This document shows positions 59,213 through 64,000 of a stretch of DNA of 64,000 bases, one piece after another; position 1 is the stretch's first letter, and the number at the start of each line of letters is the position of its first letter. The DNA lies in assembly GCA_964016885.1 (NCBI GenBank), contig OZ024751.1, positions 16,740,001 to 16,804,000 of the forward strand, written 5' to 3'. The notes beneath the pieces were generated by a model. That model was not told where the DNA came from. It worked only from the letters and a program-made list of their open reading frames with translations, and did no database searches. Origin of the DNA: Eledone cirrhosa. Taxonomy: Eukaryota. Position numbers and translations under genes: made by a program.

Positions 59213-60664
59213 TCTTCCTACTATTTCAAGTGTGTATGTGTGAATATATATATCTATATTTACGCATATATATGTGTATATGTATATATGTATATATATA
59301 TGTGTGTGTTTATATATAAGCGTGTATACACGTGTGTATGTATGTATGTATATATATATATATATATGTGTGTTTATATATATGTTTGTATATATGTGTG
59401 TATACACGTGTGTGTATGTATGTATGTATGTATATATATATATATCAGGTCACCAGTTGGTGCTACTGGTAACATGTATCCCAGTACAACCTGTCTCATG
59501 GTCGGGTCGTTGGCGACTAAACTGGCAACCCCACCAAGATTTCTTGGTGAGGAGGGTGACTTTGGACATCTTGCAGGACTAAAAACAAAACCTGTCAAAG
59601 GGCAAAGGAGCTCAATGGTCATCCAAAGAGTCAATTGTCATCCAGAATCACCGGGAGAGATGACCCCTTAGCCTTTGTCAAGGCAGAATTCTAAGAGAAG
59701 GAAAACTCTGATATAACACCTGCAACCCTGATGGTATCCAATGATGTTGACTTGTTCTTCTTTTTGGTAAATATCAACTTGGTTAAGAGAGTGGGACTGG
59801 CTTTGTGCAGTGCCTTTGGTCACTATAAAAGCTTCACGGCACAGGCATTGCTTTATATCTGGAGATCTCTCTGCACTTGTCGTCACTTGGTACCATGGGC
59901 CCACCACTATGTGTCAATAATTGTCACAAGTGTAGTGTTTGTACCAGAGTTTTCAAGTCGCTGGCTGGACTAAAAAGTCACACTTGTTCGCGCATCGGTA
60001 GGGGTTCTTCTACATGGATATAAAGTAGTGGCCGTACTCGAAAAGGAGTTGGCAGCCACTATATATATATTATATATATATAAGTATGTACACGTACATA
60101 CATATGTATACAGACGTACAGTAGTATGTATATATATATACATACATGCACACATATATATATATATGTACGTATGGATTCACCGAACATTTATTATAAT
60201 GCTCGGTGTGTTTGTAAACAAACATCCCGTATTAAGCCGTAGTGTCCAGGAACCATCGTTCCCTATTTGTTATACACTGACAAAGGAACGCTGTACCAGT
60301 TTCAAGCTTGTTAGCTATCGTCAGCAACGTATACATTCCTGCCAGATTGTTGAACGTATATACTTACCTTATGCATATTAACGGCTGAGTAGCCCAATTT
60401 GCATATCGAGTGGGTTAATCGGCCGGGTGGACCCAAAACGATAAACCGAAAAAATGAAACGATATTTCATTTCCCACTCTTAGTACGGCTGTTACTTAAA
60501 TATAAGTATGTACTCGTACATACATATAGGTATACAGACGTACAGTAGTATATATATATATATACATACATGCACACATATATATATATATGCACGTATG
60601 GATTCACCGAACATTTATTATAATGCTCGGTGTATTTGTAAACAAACATCCCGTATTAAGCCGT

Positions 60665-61330
60665 TAATAAATGTATATATTAATAAATATATATATATAT
60701 TAATATATATATTAATATATATATATATATATTACTATATATATATATATATTAATATATATATATATATATTAATATATATATATATATATATTAATAT
60801 ATATATATATATATTAATATATATATATATATATATTAATATATATATTAATATATATATATATATATTAATATATATATATATATATATTAATATATAT
60901 ATTAATATATATATATATATATATTAATATATATATTAATATATATATATATATATATTAATATATATATATATATTAATATATATATATATTAATACAT
61001 ATATTAATATATATATATATATATTAATATATATATTAATATATATATATATATATATTAATATATATATATATATTAATATATATATATATTAATACAT
61101 ATATTAATATATATATATATATATTAATATATATATTAATATATATATATATATATATTAATATATATATATATATATTAATATATATATATATATTAAT
61201 ATATATATATATTAATATATATATATATATATTAATATATATATATATATATTAATATATATATATATATTAATATATATATATATATATTAATATATAT
61301 ATATATATTAATATATATATATATATATTA

Positions 61331-61362
<32 letters not shown>

Positions 61363-61390
61363 ATATATTAATATATATATATATATATTA

Positions 61391-61442
<52 letters not shown>

Positions 61443-61699
61443 ATTTATATATATATAAATTAATATATATATATAAATTAATATATATATATATATATTA
61501 ATATATATATATATAAATTAATATATATATATATAAATTAATATAAGTATGTATTTAAATTAATATATATATATATAAATTAATATAAGTATGTATTTTT
61601 TCCGTTAAATTAATATATATATATATATATTAATATATATATATATATATTAATATATATATATATTAATATATATATATATATATTAATATATATATA

Positions 61700-61741
<42 letters not shown>

Positions 61742-61910
61742 ATATATATTAATATATATATATATATATATTAATAAATATATATATATATATTAATAAA
61801 TATATATATATTATATATATATATATATATATTAATAAATATATATATATATTAATAAATATATATATATATTAATATATATATATATATATTAATAAAT
61901 ATATATATAT

Positions 61911-61942
<32 letters not shown>

Positions 61943-62156
61943 ATATATATATTAATAAATATATATATATATTAATAAATATATATATATATTAATATAT
62001 ATATATATATATATTAATAAATATATATATATATTAATAAATATATATATATATTAATAAATATATATATATATTAATAAATATATATATATATTAATAA
62101 ATATATATATATATTAATAAATATATATATATATTAATAAATATATATATATATTA

Positions 62157-62241
<85 letters not shown>

Positions 62242-62280
62242 TAAATATATATATATATTAATAAATATATATATATATTA

Positions 62281-62315
<35 letters not shown>

Positions 62316-62334
62316 TAAATATATATATATATTA

Positions 62335-62369
<35 letters not shown>

Positions 62370-63016
62370 TAAATATATATATATATATATATATTAATAA
62401 ATATATATATATATTAATAAATATATATATATATTAATAAATATATATATATATATATTAATAAATATATATATATATATATATTAATAAATATATATAT
62501 ATATTAATAAATATATATATATATATATTAATAAATATATATATATATTAATAAATATATATATATTAATAAATATATATATATATATATATTAATAAAT
62601 ATATATATATATTAATAAATATATATATATATATATTAATAAATATATATATATATATATTAATAAATATATATATATATATATATTAATAAATATATAT
62701 ATATATATATATTAATAAATATATATATATATATTAATAAATATATATATATATATATTAATAAATATATATATATATTAATAAATATATATATATATAT
62801 ATTAATAAATATATATATATATATATATATTAATAAATATATATATATATATATATTAATAAATATATATATATATATATATTAATAAATATATATATAT
62901 ATATATATATTAATAAATATATATATATATATATATATTAATAAATATATATATATATATATATTAATAAATATATATATATATATATTAATAAATATAT
63001 ATATATATATTAATAA

Positions 63017-63048
<32 letters not shown>

Positions 63049-63954
63049 TAATATATATATATATTAATAAATATATATATATATATTAATAAATATATAT
63101 ATATATATTAATAAATATATATATATATATTAATAAATATATATATATATTAATAAATATATATATATATATATTAATAAATATATATATATATTTTAAT
63201 AAATATATATATATATATATATTAATAAATATATATATTAATAAATATATATATATATATATATATTAATAAATATATATATATATATATATATTAATAA
63301 ATATATATATATATATATATATTAATAAATAAATATATATATATATATATTAATAAATATATATATATATATATATATTAATAAATATATATATATATAT
63401 ATATATTAATAAATATATATATATATATATATATTAATAAATATATATATATATATATATATTAATAAATATATATATATATATATATATTAATAAATAT
63501 ATATATATATATATATATATTAATAAATATATATATATATATATATATTAATAAATATATATATATATATATATTAATAAATATATATATATATATATTA
63601 ATAAATATATATATATATTAATAAATATATATATATATAAATAAATATATATATATATAAATAAATATATATATATATTAATAAATATATATATATATTA
63701 ATAAATATATATATATATTAATAAATATATATATATATTAATAAATATATATATATATTAATAAATATATATATATATATATATTAATAAATATATATAT
63801 ATATATATATATATTAATAAATATATATATATATATATATATTAATAAATATATATATATATATATATATTAATAAATATATATATATATATATATATTA
63901 ATAAATATATATATATATATATATCAATAAATATATATATATATATATATATTA

Positions 63955-63989
<35 letters not shown>

Positions 63990-64000
63990 TAAATATATAT
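60665..64000. repeat. >3.3-kb almost pure A/T satellite: (TA)nTTAA grading into (TA)nTTAATAAA units
   Basis: Direct observation; runs off the window end. Confidence 0.95.

Overview
AT-rich eukaryotic intronic/intergenic DNA, most likely from an octopus or other cephalopod (inferred from repeat types and extreme (TA)n/(CA)n density). No complete protein-coding gene is recognisable, and nearly all listed ORFs are microsatellite artefacts. The window is a patchwork of decayed mobile elements: RTE-clade LINE fragments, ~20 copies of a tRNA-like SINE (often head-to-tail), other SINEs, Penelope-like (PLE) GIY-YIG remnants, non-autonomous Helitrons, a Tc1/mariner-type MITE, a 3-copy ~610-bp non-autonomous element, and several minisatellites. 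The main unexplained signal is a dense set of type I hammerhead ribozyme (HHR) motifs from at least a dozen apparently unrelated families. They sit in short elements wedged into (TA)n tracts, many of which form 150-330 bp fold-back hairpins. Many have palindromic stem III loops (dimer type), several share a U-U mismatch at the base of stem II, one family has a long covarying stem II, and one has a CAGA instead of CUGA core. A few unique GC-richer islands may be minus-strand exons of an unidentified host transcript. Coordinates were read by eye and are approximate at element edges.
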